DNA of 64,000 bases, taken from an uncultured delta proteobacterium. GTDB lineage: Bacteria > Desulfobacterota > Binatia > UBA9968. Numbering within the stretch: the stretch's first letter is position 1; the number at the start of each line of letters is the position of its first letter. Positions 51,252 to 61,677 of the stretch are shown in pieces. Position numbers and translations under genes: made by a program. Under the pieces are notes generated by a model. The model was not told where the DNA came from and made no database searches. It was given only the letters and a program-made list of their open reading frames with translations. The stretch is taken from positions 1 to 64,000 of the forward strand of contig CAWJZV010000025.1 of the NCBI GenBank assembly GCA_963847445.1. Reading direction: 5' to 3'.

Positions 51252-51917
51252 CTACTCAGTCTTCGCCGGGAACGGACAGAGATCTTTGACGGTGCACTCC
51301 GGGCACTTAGGTTTCTTGGCTAAGCAGACGCGGCGGCCGTGGTACTGCATCAGGTGGCAGAAGCGCACCCGTTGTCTTTTCGGGACGATTGTCATCAGGT
51401 CGGCTTCGATCTTGTCCGGATCGGTTTTGGTCGTGAAGCCGAGCCGCTGCGATAGACGCATGACATGAGTGTCGACGCCGATAGTTTGCTCGCCGAAACC
51501 GTTGCCGAGGACGATATTAGCAGTCTTACGGCCGACGCCGGGGAGGCTGACGAGGTCTGCTAGATTGTCGGGAACTCTCCCGCCGAAGCGTTCGACAAGT
51601 TGCACGCAACAGTTGTGAATCGATTTGGCTTTGCTGCGGTAGAAGTTGATCTTGCCGATCTGCTTTTCCAATTCTGGCAGCGGCAGTGCGGCATAATCGG
51701 CGGCGGTTTGGTTCGCTTTGAACAGTTCTGGTGTGACTTTGGTGACCAGATCGTCGCGCGCCTGTGCGGCGAGGATCAGTGCGATCAGCAATTCCAACGG
51801 ATTGGCGAAGTCGAGGTCGAGTTTGGCGTCGGGGTGGGCTTTTTCAAGCCGGGGCAGGATCTTTTTGAGGTTATCCCGCGGATCGGCTTTAGCGCTTTTC
51901 GGCGTTTGAGCGGTCAT
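51252..51917 (-). CDS. nth: Endonuclease III
   Basis: LPGVGRKTAN HhH, VDTHV.R, C-x6-C-x2-C-x5-C Fe-S motif. Confidence 0.95.
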   Translation of the reverse strand: MTAQTPKSAKADPRDNLKKILPRLEKAHPDAKLDLDFANPLELLIALILAAQARDDLVTKVTPELFKANQTAADYAALPLPELEKQIGKINFYRSKAKSIHNCCVQLVERFGGRVPDNLADLVSLPGVGRKTANIVLGNGFGEQTIGVDTHVMRLSQRLGFTTKTDPDKIEADLMTIVPKRQRVRFCHLMQYHGRRVCLAKKPKCPECTVKDLCPFPAKTE

Positions 51918-51976
51918 TTTAGTTTCAACGAAAAATATGGTACCAAAAAGCGACTCATAAAGGGAGGATTATCTCG

Positions 51977-52312
51977 ATGGAAGCCAGCGCATTATCGACT
52001 GTCAAACAAAACATCCGCCAATTGGCCAAACAAAAGGCCGAACTCAACGCCGCAAAACCCGATCGTAAGAAAGTGCGCCTGCTGCAAAGAAAGATCCGCC
52101 TGCTCAAGCGCACCAGCCGCGTGCTCGCTGGCGAGAAGAAGGCTGTGGCGGCACAGGCTGCCGCCGAAGCCGCTGCCAAAGAGACTGCGGAAAAGGCCGC
52201 AGCCGCGAAGACCGCAGCCGACGCTAAGGCTGCCGCTGCCAAAGAGGCTGCTGAAGCTGCCAAGGCTGCCGAAGCTGCTGAAGCTGCTGCAGCGACTGAA
52301 GTCAGCGCCTAG
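51977..52312 (+). CDS. Hypothetical protein with basic N-terminus and Ala/Lys/Glu-rich tail
   Basis: GGGAGGA RBS; 111-aa ORF filling the gap between nth and the radical SAM gene. Confidence 0.7.
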   Translation: MEASALSTVKQNIRQLAKQKAELNAAKPDRKKVRLLQRKIRLLKRTSRVLAGEKKAVAAQAAAEAAAKETAEKAAAAKTAADAKAAAAKEAAEAAKAAEAAEAAAATEVSA

Positions 52313-52322
52313 TTGCAAAGTC

Positions 52323-53378
52323 ATGATTACGCCGCCTCCTCTGCGCGGCCGCGGTTCGGCGACCAACCCGAAAAACCGTTTCGAGTCCGTCGATCGGGTG
52401 CCCGAGCCGCCAGGGGATAGCGACGAGGTTACCGCCCCTCACACGCAGTTTTACCGAGACAGTTCGAAATCTCTGATCGCCTTCAACGACAGCCCCGATG
52501 TCGGCTTCGATGCCAGCATCAATCCCTATCGCGGCTGCGAGCATGGTTGCGTTTATTGCTACGCTCGTCCGACGCACGAGTATCTCGGCTTCTCCGCCGG
52601 CCTGGACTTCGAGACCAAGATCATGGTCAAGGAAGACGCGCCGGAACTGCTGCGCAAGGAATTATCGAGTCGCAATTGGCGACCGCAGCTGCTTGGCATG
52701 AGCGGCGTCACCGATTGCTATCAACCGGCGGAAAATAAATACCGACTGACCCGGCGCTGCTTGGAAGTACTTTTGGAGTTTCGCAATCCAGCAGTCATCA
52801 TCACCAAGAACCATTTAGTCACCCGTGACATCGATGTTCTTTCAGAGTTGGCCAAGTTTGACTGCATCGGCGTGACGATCTCTTTAACGACACTGGACGG
52901 GAAACTCGCCTCGGCGCTTGAACCGCGCGGCTCTACTCCGGCCCGCCGTCTGGCGGCGATTCGAAAATTAGCCGACGCCGGCGTGCCGGTGGGCTATCTG
53001 CAAGCGCCGATGATTCCCGGCCTGACTGACTCCGAAGCGCCGGCCATCGCCGTCGCCGCGGCGCAGGCCGGCGCGACGTTCTCCGGATATGTGGCTTTGC
53101 GGTTACCGTTCGCCGTTAAAGAATTGTTCGAACAGTGGCTCGGCCAGCACTATCCCGACAAAAAAGATAAAATTCTTCACCGCGTGCGCGAGATCCGCGG
53201 CGGCAAGCTCAACGATCCCAACTTCAAATCGCGCATGCGCGGCGAGGGGATTTACGCCGAGCAGATGGCGGCGCTGTTTCAGCTAGCGCGCAAGAAGTCG
53301 GGGATCATCGAACGCTGGCCCAAGCTGACGACGGAACATTTCCGCCGGCCGGAGAAGGACCAGTTGAGTTTGTTTTGA
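52323..53378 (+). CDS. PA0069 family radical SAM protein (spore photoproduct lyase-like)
   Basis: RGRGS..NP.NRF, NDSPDVGF..SINPYRGCEHGCVYCYARPTH, TDCYQP.E, QLSLF C-terminus. Confidence 0.95.
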   Translation: MITPPPLRGRGSATNPKNRFESVDRVPEPPGDSDEVTAPHTQFYRDSSKSLIAFNDSPDVGFDASINPYRGCEHGCVYCYARPTHEYLGFSAGLDFETKIMVKEDAPELLRKELSSRNWRPQLLGMSGVTDCYQPAENKYRLTRRCLEVLLEFRNPAVIITKNHLVTRDIDVLSELAKFDCIGVTISLTTLDGKLASALEPRGSTPARRLAAIRKLADAGVPVGYLQAPMIPGLTDSEAPAIAVAAAQAGATFSGYVALRLPFAVKELFEQWLGQHYPDKKDKILHRVREIRGGKLNDPNFKSRMRGEGIYAEQMAALFQLARKKSGIIERWPKLTTEHFRRPEKDQLSLF

Positions 53379-53661
53379 GCGCAAAGTGAAGATGCCGGAT
53401 CGGAGAATTGGCCGCAAAGAACGCAAGGGTCACAAAGTTGGGAAAAGGAAGATGCACCACGAAGGATTATTGTCGCGCGCATCCTTATCTTGCGGCGATG
53501 GCGTCGATTTAGGCTTGATTGGGATTGAAGTCTTAGAGTGTGACGTTGTCGCCGCGCTGGGCAGATCGTTGGCGCTGTGGCAGCCGATCAGCCCGGCCCG
53601 GTGATGAGGATTTTTTTTGTTGTTCCCTCGTTGTTGGCTTCAATTCCTTAGAGTCGCTAGG

Positions 53662-54012
53662 TCAGTCGCAATAGTATTCCAATTGATAGCCATTGGGATC
53701 GCTGATGTAGAAAGCGGTTTTGCCGCGGCGGCCGTCGATTTTGATGCCTATCTTTTTGAATTTTGCTTCGAGCTTTTTAAATTCCGCCTTGGTGACTTTG
53801 AAGCCGAGATGTTCGAGGCCTTGGTTAGCTCTTGACCGTTGCGCGGTCTTGACGAAGTTCAGCAGATCGCCGCTGCCGGGCGTGGTCAGGAAAATCATGC
53901 TGGGCGGGTGGCGGAACGCTACTTTTAGCCCTAAGACGCCGACGTAGAAATCCTCGGTCTTTTTCAAATCGCGCACCTTAAGCGCGATATGGCTCAGCCC
54001 CTTTTTTGCCAT
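53662..54012 (-). CDS. VOC family protein
   Basis: LSHIALKVRDL...FY..VLG...HLGF...YISDPNGYQLE. Confidence 0.9.
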   Translation of the reverse strand: MAKKGLSHIALKVRDLKKTEDFYVGVLGLKVAFRHPPSMIFLTTPGSGDLLNFVKTAQRSRANQGLEHLGFKVTKAEFKKLEAKFKKIGIKIDGRRGKTAFYISDPNGYQLEYYCD

Positions 54013-54161
54013 GGATTGGCTCCTCCGTGATCGTAGTTCGTGAACGTGTTCGCCGGACGGGTTTTTATATCTCATCGGTTCTCGCAGGTTCAACCGGCGG
54101 CACTTTTACAACCGCAGCGATCCTTGATAATTTGAACACTCTTCCTCGTAATGGCTGTGAC

Positions 54162-55463
54162 TTGAAGTCTCCTACAACATTTTCATCTTCCCGGTCCGAC
54201 CGTAAGTTCTTCTACGGCTGGTACATTGTCGGCGTCGGCTTTCTTTCTCACGTCGTTTGCGCATTTCACATGTCGAGCACGCTGAGCGTGTTCTTGAAAC
54301 CGTTGACCGAGGACTTGGGCGTGTCGCGCGGCTTGTTCTCGCTTCTGCGCTCGGGGGAAATCCTCATCGGCGCGGCGATGGCGCCGCTGGTGGGACCGAT
54401 GGTCGATCGTTTCGGCGGCCGCTGGTTGATGGCCGGCGGCGCGCTTTCGGCGGGGTTGGGTTTCGTGCTGATGAGCCAGGTCGGCGCGTTCTGGCAGTTT
54501 CTTTTGCTGCGTTGGATTTTCGTCGCCATCGGCGGCGTGTTCATGTGTCACATGATCGTCAGCGTGACGGTGTCGCGCTGGTTCGTGCGCAAACGCGGGC
54601 GGGCCATCGCTATCGCCAGCATGGGTCAGGGATTTGCCAAAGTTTGTATTCCGGTAGTGACCGCGACGCTGTTCGCCTGGGTCGGCTGGCGGCTGACCTG
54701 GTCGATCTTTGGTCTGATCACCTTGGCCCTGGTAGTGGTTCCCGCTTTGATCTTCATGCGGCGCAGCCCGGAAGAACTGGGCTTGCAGCCGGATGGCATG
54801 GACGCGCCGCCAGTCAGTGCCGACGCCAAGCAATCGAATGACGACAAAAAAGCAACTTTGTCGGCGGACGAAGCGGTCTGGACCTGGCGCGAAGTGATTC
54901 GCAGCAGAGCGTTTTGGCTTATCTGTATCATCTACGGCATGGCCAACGTCGGCATCGCCGGTTTGAATCTGCATGTGTTCGCTTACGTTACCGACATCGG
55001 CTTCTCGCCGCTGGTAGCGGCGACGGTGCTGAGCATTATCGCGTCGACGCAGCTTGGCTCGACCATGGTGTGGGGCGTGATCAGCGAGCGCATGGACATC
55101 CGCCATTCCAGCTTAATCATGTTTTTGGTTCAGTCGGCGGGATTGGCGCTGGTGCTCGCCACCGACCAGGTAGTGCCGGTCTACTTGGGCTTTTTTCTTT
55201 ACGGCATCGGTTTGGGTGGTGGCTGGGTGCTGCAAGAATTGATTTGGGCGACCAATTTCGGTCGCGTCTCCCTCGGCATGGTGCGCGGTCTGGGTATTCT
55301 CGTGACGCACGCGTTCGGCGCCGTGGGAGCGCCGTTCTTCGGTTTTGTCCACGATGTTACCGGCAGCTACCAGTCGTCGTTCTTGGCCTTCGTCGTCGCT
55401 TTGATGATCGCGGCGTTCTTGAGTCTTGCAGTACACGCACCGCAAAAAACTCTGCGCCGGTGA
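54162..55463 (+). CDS. MFS transporter
   Basis: FFYGWYIV, GPMVDRFGGR, RWFVRKRGRA, about 12 hydrophobic segments; start uncertain. Confidence 0.9.
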   Translation: MKSPTTFSSSRSDRKFFYGWYIVGVGFLSHVVCAFHMSSTLSVFLKPLTEDLGVSRGLFSLLRSGEILIGAAMAPLVGPMVDRFGGRWLMAGGALSAGLGFVLMSQVGAFWQFLLLRWIFVAIGGVFMCHMIVSVTVSRWFVRKRGRAIAIASMGQGFAKVCIPVVTATLFAWVGWRLTWSIFGLITLALVVVPALIFMRRSPEELGLQPDGMDAPPVSADAKQSNDDKKATLSADEAVWTWREVIRSRAFWLICIIYGMANVGIAGLNLHVFAYVTDIGFSPLVAATVLSIIASTQLGSTMVWGVISERMDIRHSSLIMFLVQSAGLALVLATDQVVPVYLGFFLYGIGLGGGWVLQELIWATNFGRVSLGMVRGLGILVTHAFGAVGAPFFGFVHDVTGSYQSSFLAFVVALMIAAFLSLAVHAPQKTLRR

Positions 55464-55519
55464 GTTGACCGCGCCGATGGACCGCGCATAATAAAGACAC
55501 CAACCGCGAATAGCTGCAA

Positions 55520-56659
55520 ATGGATTCACTCATTTCCAATGGCGCCAAACTGCGCAGCGACGGCCCGCGCAACGGCCTGCTCAAGCTCTCCATCGACGGC
55601 CGGCTCGACGCCGACAGCACCGGGCGCGTGTGGCGCGAGTCGACCCGGCTCGTGTCGGCGGCGCGGGCGGCGACGGTGGATCTCGACGCTTCAGCGATGG
55701 ACTACTGTGACGGTTCCGGCATCGCCTTGCTGATTCAATTGCGCCGATTGCAACAAAAGGCCGGCGGCAAGCTGGAGATCCACGGCCTGCGGCCGGAGTT
55801 CCAAGAGCTGCTCGACGACTGGTCGCAGGGCGGCAGCGACACTACCCAGAGCAAAGCCAATGTTCGCGTGCATCTTGTCGAAGAGGTTGGCCAGTCGGCG
55901 GTGCAACTCTGGGACGATATCCGCGAGGTGATTAGTTTTATTGGCCAACTTGGTCATGCCATCGTCAAGGCAGCGCTTCATCCCAGCACGGTTCGTTGGC
56001 GCGATACTCTACTGGTCGCTGAAGAGCTCGGTGTCAATGCGCTGCCGATCGTCGCCTTGTTGAGTTTTCTCGTTGGCGTCATCATGGCCTTTCAGGCGGC
56101 GGTCGCCTTGCGCCAATTCGGCGCCGAGATCTTCGTTGCCAACATGATCGGCTTGTCGGTGCTGCGCGAGATGGGACCCCTGATGACCGCGATCATCCTC
56201 GCCGGCCGCTCGGGCTCGGCCTTCGCCGCCGAGATTGGCACCATGAAGGTGCGCGAGGAAATCGACGCGCTCAAAACCATGGGGCTGGAGCCGGTGCGGT
56301 TTCTGGTCGTGCCGCGGGTGCTCGCCGGCGTAGCCATGACGCCGGTGCTCACGGTGTTCGCCGATCTGTTCGGCGTGATGGGCGGCTCCGTGGTCATGAT
56401 GTCTCTTGGTTTTCCGTTGATCACTTTTTTTAATCAACTTCAGTCTGCGGTGAGTTACGGTTCTTTGGTCGGCGGGCTGGTCAAGGCCTTCGCCTTTGGT
56501 ATCCTGATCGCCGCCATCGGCTGCCTGCGCGGCCTGCAAACCGAGACCGGCGCCAGCGCCGTAGGCTTGTCCACCACTCATGCGGTGGTGAGCGGCATCA
56601 TTTTGATCGTCATCACCGACGGGATTTTTTCGGTGATCTATTATTACCTCTGGGTCTGA
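55520..56659 (+). CDS. mlaE: STAS-fused MlaE family ABC permease
   Basis: DGSGIALL STAS; REMGPLMTAIILAGRSGSAFAAEIGTMKVREEIDAL. Confidence 0.9.
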   Translation: MDSLISNGAKLRSDGPRNGLLKLSIDGRLDADSTGRVWRESTRLVSAARAATVDLDASAMDYCDGSGIALLIQLRRLQQKAGGKLEIHGLRPEFQELLDDWSQGGSDTTQSKANVRVHLVEEVGQSAVQLWDDIREVISFIGQLGHAIVKAALHPSTVRWRDTLLVAEELGVNALPIVALLSFLVGVIMAFQAAVALRQFGAEIFVANMIGLSVLREMGPLMTAIILAGRSGSAFAAEIGTMKVREEIDALKTMGLEPVRFLVVPRVLAGVAMTPVLTVFADLFGVMGGSVVMMSLGFPLITFFNQLQSAVSYGSLVGGLVKAFAFGILIAAIGCLRGLQTETGASAVGLSTTHAVVSGIILIVITDGIFSVIYYYLWV

Positions 56660-56668
56660 CCAGCACTC

Positions 56669-57439
56669 ATGACAATCGGCGAGACGCTCATTCGAGTGGA
56701 CGGTTTTACCGCGGCCTACAACGGCCGGGTGATTCTCAATCAGCTAAGCTTCGAAGTCTACCGCGGCGAAGTGTTCGTCATTCTCGGCGGCTCGGGCTGC
56801 GGCAAGAGCACGCTGCTCAAACATATGATCGGCTTGTATGCGCCGGCGGCGGGCACCATCCTCATCGACGGCGACAATGTCGCCACGGTGGAAGGCCAGG
56901 AGCGCCAACGACTATTAAGAAAATTCGGCGTCATGTATCAGAGCGGCGCGCTGTTCGGCTCGATGACGGTGTTGGACAATGTTTGTCTGCCGCTGCAGGA
57001 GTTTACCGATCTGCCGCCGGATGCGATTCGCTTGATCGCCTCGATGAAGCTGCAGCGCGTTGGTCTTGGCGGCTTCGACGATCACATGCCATCGGAATTG
57101 AGCGGCGGCATGCAAAAGCGCGCCGCCATCGCCCGCGCCATGGCGCTCGACCCGCAGGTGTTGTTTCTCGACGAACCGTCGGCCGGGCTCGATCCGATCA
57201 CCTCGGCGGAACTCGACGATTTGATCTTGTCGCTGGCGCGCAGCTTGAAAATAACTTTTGTCATCGTCAGCCACGAGCTGGCAAGCATCTTCGCGATTGC
57301 AGACCGGGTGATTATGTTGGATAAAAGTGTCAAAGGCATCGTCGCCACGGGTAAACCCCAGGAGTTGCGCGACCGCAGCGACAATCCCTGGGTGCGGCAG
57401 TTTTTTTCCCGGCAGCCGTCCGCGGATAACCCAACGTAG
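56669..57439 (+). CDS. mlaF: MlaF-type ABC ATP-binding protein
   Basis: GGSGCGKST, LSGGMQKR, DEPSAGLDP, SH. Confidence 0.92.
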   Translation: MTIGETLIRVDGFTAAYNGRVILNQLSFEVYRGEVFVILGGSGCGKSTLLKHMIGLYAPAAGTILIDGDNVATVEGQERQRLLRKFGVMYQSGALFGSMTVLDNVCLPLQEFTDLPPDAIRLIASMKLQRVGLGGFDDHMPSELSGGMQKRAAIARAMALDPQVLFLDEPSAGLDPITSAELDDLILSLARSLKITFVIVSHELASIFAIADRVIMLDKSVKGIVATGKPQELRDRSDNPWVRQFFSRQPSADNPT

Positions 57440-57479
57440 CGCACGCAGAGCACTATCTTAGCCGATCAATACACCGGGT

Positions 57480-58538
57480 ATGGAAAAAGCCAGCTACTTC
57501 AAGATCGGTCTGTTCATCATCGTCGGCACGATCATCGGCGCCATCGGCGTGGTCGCCCTCGGCGTCGGCACGATCTTTCAGAAAAAAGTCCTGGTCGAAA
57601 CGTATATCGACGAATCGGTGCAGGGACTCGACGTCGGCTCGTCGGTGAAATTCCGCGGCGTGCAAGTCGGCAAGGTCGAGACCATTAGCCTGACCAGCGC
57701 CGAGTACCCGACCAAGCGCCGCTACGTTTTGGTGCGCATCGGCCTGACGACGAAAATATTTCAAGCGCCACTGTCCGACGCTGGCTCGCCCAGTTTCATG
57801 ACCGAGGTTGAAAAAGGTTTGCGCGTCCGGCTGGCGTCCCAGGGCGTCACCGGCGCGGCGTATATCGAAGCGGATTATCAAGACCCGGCGCGCAACCCTC
57901 CCTTGGAAATCGATTGGCAGCCGATTTATCCCTATGTGCCGTCTACCTTGAGCCGGATCACCCAGCTGAGCGAGTCGGTGGAAAAGATTCTCCGCAGCAT
58001 GGAAAACATCGATGTCGGCCGGCTGGTCGACGGTCTGGAAAAATCTCTTTTGACGATCACTAAGGTCGCCCAAGGCGCGAACTTCGATAAACTCGGCGGC
58101 CAGGCCGATGCGTTTTTGACCGAGGTGCGCGACACCAACCGCCAGTTGAAAGAGTTGATCGGCAGCAGCGAAATCAAATCCGCCTTCAAAGACAGCGCGG
58201 CGGCGGCGAGCGGCGCGCGCCAGATCATCGAGCGCGCCCAAGGGCCGGTCAATCAGATGCTCGCCGACTTGCCGCGCGCCGCTGAGAGTTTGGAGCGGAT
58301 GGTCAAGCGTCTCGATTCGGTCACCGCAGATTTGCCGGAGACGAGCGCCCAGCTCCGGCAAACCTTACAGCGCATGAACCGATTGATCGCGACTCAGCAA
58401 CAGGGGATCGCTGCCACAGTCGAGAACTTGCAAGCGGTTTCCAGTGACATCAAAGAGCTCACGGAAAGTTCGCGCAAGTATCCATCCCAGGTGTTGTTCG
58501 GCGCGCCGCCGCCGCCCTCGAAGGTGATGCAACGATGA
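57480..58538 (+). CDS. mlaD: MlaD/MCE family protein
   Basis: N-terminal TM, ESVQGLDVGSSVKFRGVQVGKV, QGVTG..YIE, helical tail. Confidence 0.9.
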   Translation: MEKASYFKIGLFIIVGTIIGAIGVVALGVGTIFQKKVLVETYIDESVQGLDVGSSVKFRGVQVGKVETISLTSAEYPTKRRYVLVRIGLTTKIFQAPLSDAGSPSFMTEVEKGLRVRLASQGVTGAAYIEADYQDPARNPPLEIDWQPIYPYVPSTLSRITQLSESVEKILRSMENIDVGRLVDGLEKSLLTITKVAQGANFDKLGGQADAFLTEVRDTNRQLKELIGSSEIKSAFKDSAAAASGARQIIERAQGPVNQMLADLPRAAESLERMVKRLDSVTADLPETSAQLRQTLQRMNRLIATQQQGIAATVENLQAVSSDIKELTESSRKYPSQVLFGAPPPPSKVMQR

Positions 58539-59149
58539 AATCATTCAGGACTCTTTCTGTGGCCGCAGCAATGTCGGCCATGCTGGCCAGCGGTTGCGTC
58601 ACCCTTGAACGCAGCTATCCCGAGAAGCGTTACTATGTCTTGGAAGTGCGCGCGCCGGCGCCGGCCGGTGGGGCGGTTCATAATGAAATTTTGCAAGTGT
58701 CGACTTTGCGTATTTCGCCGCGCTACCAGGATCGAAGTTTTGTCTATCGGATTTCGGACAGCGGTTTCGAGAGTGATTTTTACAATCAATTTATCGCCCC
58801 GCCAGCCGGATTGATCAGCGAAGAGATTCGCAAGAGTTTGATCGGCGCGCAGCTTTTCAAGTATGTCATCAGCGCGTCGCATAGCCAGGCGCCGAGCTAT
58901 GTGTTGGAAGGCGCCGTCAACGGGATCTACGGCGATTTCAGAAATCTGCAATCGCCCGCTGCGGTCATCGACCTGGAGTTTTTTCTGACCAGCGATCTGC
59001 CCGCCAAGCCAGGCATTCTCATGCAGAAACGCTACGTGAAATCCGTGCCGGTGAGCGGCCGATCGCCGGAAGCGCTGGTGAAAAGCTGGGATCTGGCGCT
59101 GGAGGAAATCCTCACTGCTCTCACAGCGGATCTTAGAGCGGTGAAATAA
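58535..59149 (+). CDS. ABC-type transport auxiliary lipoprotein (PqiC-like)
   Basis: LASGC lipobox, YYVL, FVYR...FYNQF...P. Confidence 0.85.
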   Translation: MKSFRTLSVAAAMSAMLASGCVTLERSYPEKRYYVLEVRAPAPAGGAVHNEILQVSTLRISPRYQDRSFVYRISDSGFESDFYNQFIAPPAGLISEEIRKSLIGAQLFKYVISASHSQAPSYVLEGAVNGIYGDFRNLQSPAAVIDLEFFLTSDLPAKPGILMQKRYVKSVPVSGRSPEALVKSWDLALEEILTALTADLRAVK

Positions 59150-59233
59150 TATTCGTGCAAGTCGTTCAAAACCTTCAAAACAGCTCCGATTTCGCCGTCG
59201 TCTCAAACGATTGGAACGGAGTCGCCCGGCAAT

Positions 59234-61639
59234 TTACGTCACTGGGCGGACTCTGCATAGATACGACCGATGCGGCAGCGAGCCGCTGATCGGATCCGAT
59301 AGATCGGTGCCGATCAGCATGGCGGCGTTGGCGCCGGTTGAATCGTAGGCGTCGTAGCCAGGCAATTCCAATTCTTTACAGCCTTGCCACCAGCCATGTT
59401 GGACGCAGACGGCGCCGGGGATGATGTTTCTGGTCACACGCGCTTTGACTTTGATCGCACCCTTCGGGGTTTCGACGGTCATCCATTCTTTGTTTTTAAT
59501 TCCGTAACGCAGTGCGGTTTCGGGGTGAACGTCGGCGCTCGGTTCGGGCAGCGCTTTGCGCAAGCTCGTGAGGGAGCGATGTTGGCTGTGGACGAAGGTG
59601 GTGTTTTTCGCGTTGGTCAGGACCAGGGGAAAATTGGCAGCGATATCCGGACGGCTAACCGGGCTCAACGCCGGCTCGACATATTCCGGCAGCGCTGGAT
59701 AGCCGGCGGCGGCGAACTTGTGGCAGTAGAGTTCGACTCGTTTCGACGGCGTGGCGAAGCCGCGCGGTCGGCCGTCCTTATTTGTCTTGGCATGTTTCTC
59801 GAAGCTCGGTGCCACCGGACGTGAAATGCCGCCGGGAGCGTTTTTCAATTCGTCCAGCGTAATTCCTGTCGGTGCGAGTTCGTAGGCGTAGCCGGCTTCG
59901 ATGTCGCCGTTGAAAAATTGCTCGCTCATGCCCATGCGCTTGGCCAGTTCAAAAAGTATCCAGGTGTCCGAACGCCGCTCGTATAGCGGTTCGACCACAG
60001 CGGCGCGGTATTGCAGGTGGGTCTTGCCGGCTTGTCGATGTTCGAACGCGGTGGTGATGGTGGACATCTCGAGGAAACTGGTGGCTGGCAAGACATAGTC
60101 GCATAGCGCGGCCGTCGGCGTCATGAACAAATCCAGCGCCACGGCGAAATCCAATTTGCTCAAAGCTTCGCGGGCGCGGCGCGGGTCGGGATTGGACATC
60201 ACCGGATTACAGCCGAAGGCGAGAAACGCTTTGATCGGGTAGGGCTGTTCGTCGAGGATCGCGGTGAAGATATCGTAGGCGGCGCAGTTGCCCGGCGATG
60301 CCGGCGGGCCGAGCGGCTTTTTCTCGCGGCCGATGCGCAGCGCCGCCGCTTCTTTCGATAGAAACTCTTTGCCATCGACATTGTTGGTCGGCAGCTTGGG
60401 AAAGGTCACGTTGCCGCCCTGGCGGTCGAAGTCGCCAAGCAGCGCGTAGAGCGACGCGATGGCGCGGCTGGTTTGGGTCGCGTTGGTGTGCTGGCCAACG
60501 CCGTTCCACATGTACATGCTGAGCGGCCGGTTGTGCGCCAGCATGAGCGCGGTTTTCCAGACTTGCTCGGCCGGCACCCAGGTGATTTTTTCAGATTTCT
60601 CCGGCGCGAATTCTGCGGCGATCTCGCCGAGCCGTTCGAAGACCGGCTGACAAATAATTTCATTGCCGTCTTTCGAGCGCAGAATGCGCGTGCCGAAGAG
60701 TGCGGGGCGCACGTCGTCGCGGGCGTACGCGCCGGTGTCAGGATCGTAAATGACAGTTTCATTCTTCGCTTCGTCCCAAACCACGAAGCGATTCTGGCTT
60801 CCCGCTGCGCTGAGATCGGCTTCGCTGACGACCGCGCCGGTTGCCGTGTTCAGCAAAAATATGCCGTTGGTCCAGCGGCGCACGAACTCGACGTCGTACC
60901 AGCTCTCTTCGATGAGACAGTGGATCAGCGCCAACGCCAGGGCGCCGTCGGTGCCGGGACGGACTTGCAGCAACATGTCGGCGTTGGCGCCGATGCCGAC
61001 GCGGCGCGGATCGACGACCACGGTTTTCATGCCGCGCTGGCGGGCTGCGACGATATCGTGGGCGAGGATCAACGACGTCGAGCTCGGGTTGTGGCCCCAC
61101 AGTAAAAAACTCTTGCTATGCGCGACATCGGGTGTCTGAATCGTCGTGCCGAAGGTAAAACTGAAGCCGGTGTCTTTGTGCCAGTTGCAGACATGAGTGG
61201 TCGAAACCCAGTTGGGACTGCCGTAGAGATAAAGAAAGCGTCCTAGCCAGCGCTCGACATCGTCCACCGAGGTGCCGCTTTTCGTACCCTTGCCCAGCGC
61301 CATCGCTTTGGCGCCGTGCTGCTCGCGGATCGCTAGCAATCTTCTCGCGATGTCGTCGAGCGCTTCGTCCCAACTGACGCGCTGCCAACCGGGATCGGCG
61401 TCGGTCTTGGACCGGGTGCGCTTGAGCGGATAATTCAAGCGGTCGGAATTGTAAACCAGCTCCGGCGCGGCCTTGCCCTTGACGCACATGACGCCGCCGT
61501 TGGGATGATCGTGGTCCGGCTCCAACTTCGTCACCCGGCCGTTCTCGACGGTGGCGATGGTGGCGCAGTGCGCGGTGCAGAGGGCGCAGTAGCCGCGCAC
61601 TTCCTTAGCCTCAATTACTTGCTCAGCTGGATTGGACAT
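59234..61639 (-). CDS. Molybdopterin (DMSO reductase family) oxidoreductase with N-terminal 4Fe-4S cluster
   Basis: YCALCTAHC...CVKG, RLNYPLKR, WQRVSWDEAL, VDPR, PGTDGALAL, DYVLPA, HSQHR, HGWW. Confidence 0.93.
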   Translation of the reverse strand: MSNPAEQVIEAKEVRGYCALCTAHCATIATVENGRVTKLEPDHDHPNGGVMCVKGKAAPELVYNSDRLNYPLKRTRSKTDADPGWQRVSWDEALDDIARRLLAIREQHGAKAMALGKGTKSGTSVDDVERWLGRFLYLYGSPNWVSTTHVCNWHKDTGFSFTFGTTIQTPDVAHSKSFLLWGHNPSSTSLILAHDIVAARQRGMKTVVVDPRRVGIGANADMLLQVRPGTDGALALALIHCLIEESWYDVEFVRRWTNGIFLLNTATGAVVSEADLSAAGSQNRFVVWDEAKNETVIYDPDTGAYARDDVRPALFGTRILRSKDGNEIICQPVFERLGEIAAEFAPEKSEKITWVPAEQVWKTALMLAHNRPLSMYMWNGVGQHTNATQTSRAIASLYALLGDFDRQGGNVTFPKLPTNNVDGKEFLSKEAAALRIGREKKPLGPPASPGNCAAYDIFTAILDEQPYPIKAFLAFGCNPVMSNPDPRRAREALSKLDFAVALDLFMTPTAALCDYVLPATSFLEMSTITTAFEHRQAGKTHLQYRAAVVEPLYERRSDTWILFELAKRMGMSEQFFNGDIEAGYAYELAPTGITLDELKNAPGGISRPVAPSFEKHAKTNKDGRPRGFATPSKRVELYCHKFAAAGYPALPEYVEPALSPVSRPDIAANFPLVLTNAKNTTFVHSQHRSLTSLRKALPEPSADVHPETALRYGIKNKEWMTVETPKGAIKVKARVTRNIIPGAVCVQHGWWQGCKELELPGYDAYDSTGANAAMLIGTDLSDPISGSLPHRSYLCRVRPVT

Positions 61640-61677
61640 GTCGTTCTCCGATTGCGGCTAGCGTGCTGTGCGCGGCG

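Noticed and set aside
52140-52300. GCTGCC/GAAGCT tandem repeats as a DNA element
   Set aside because: Explained by the Ala/Glu/Lys low-complexity coding sequence.
51600-52322. Long N-terminal extension of the radical SAM ORF (592 aa)
   Set aside because: Overlaps nth antisense and the 111-aa gene in another frame; family similarity starts at ATG 52323.
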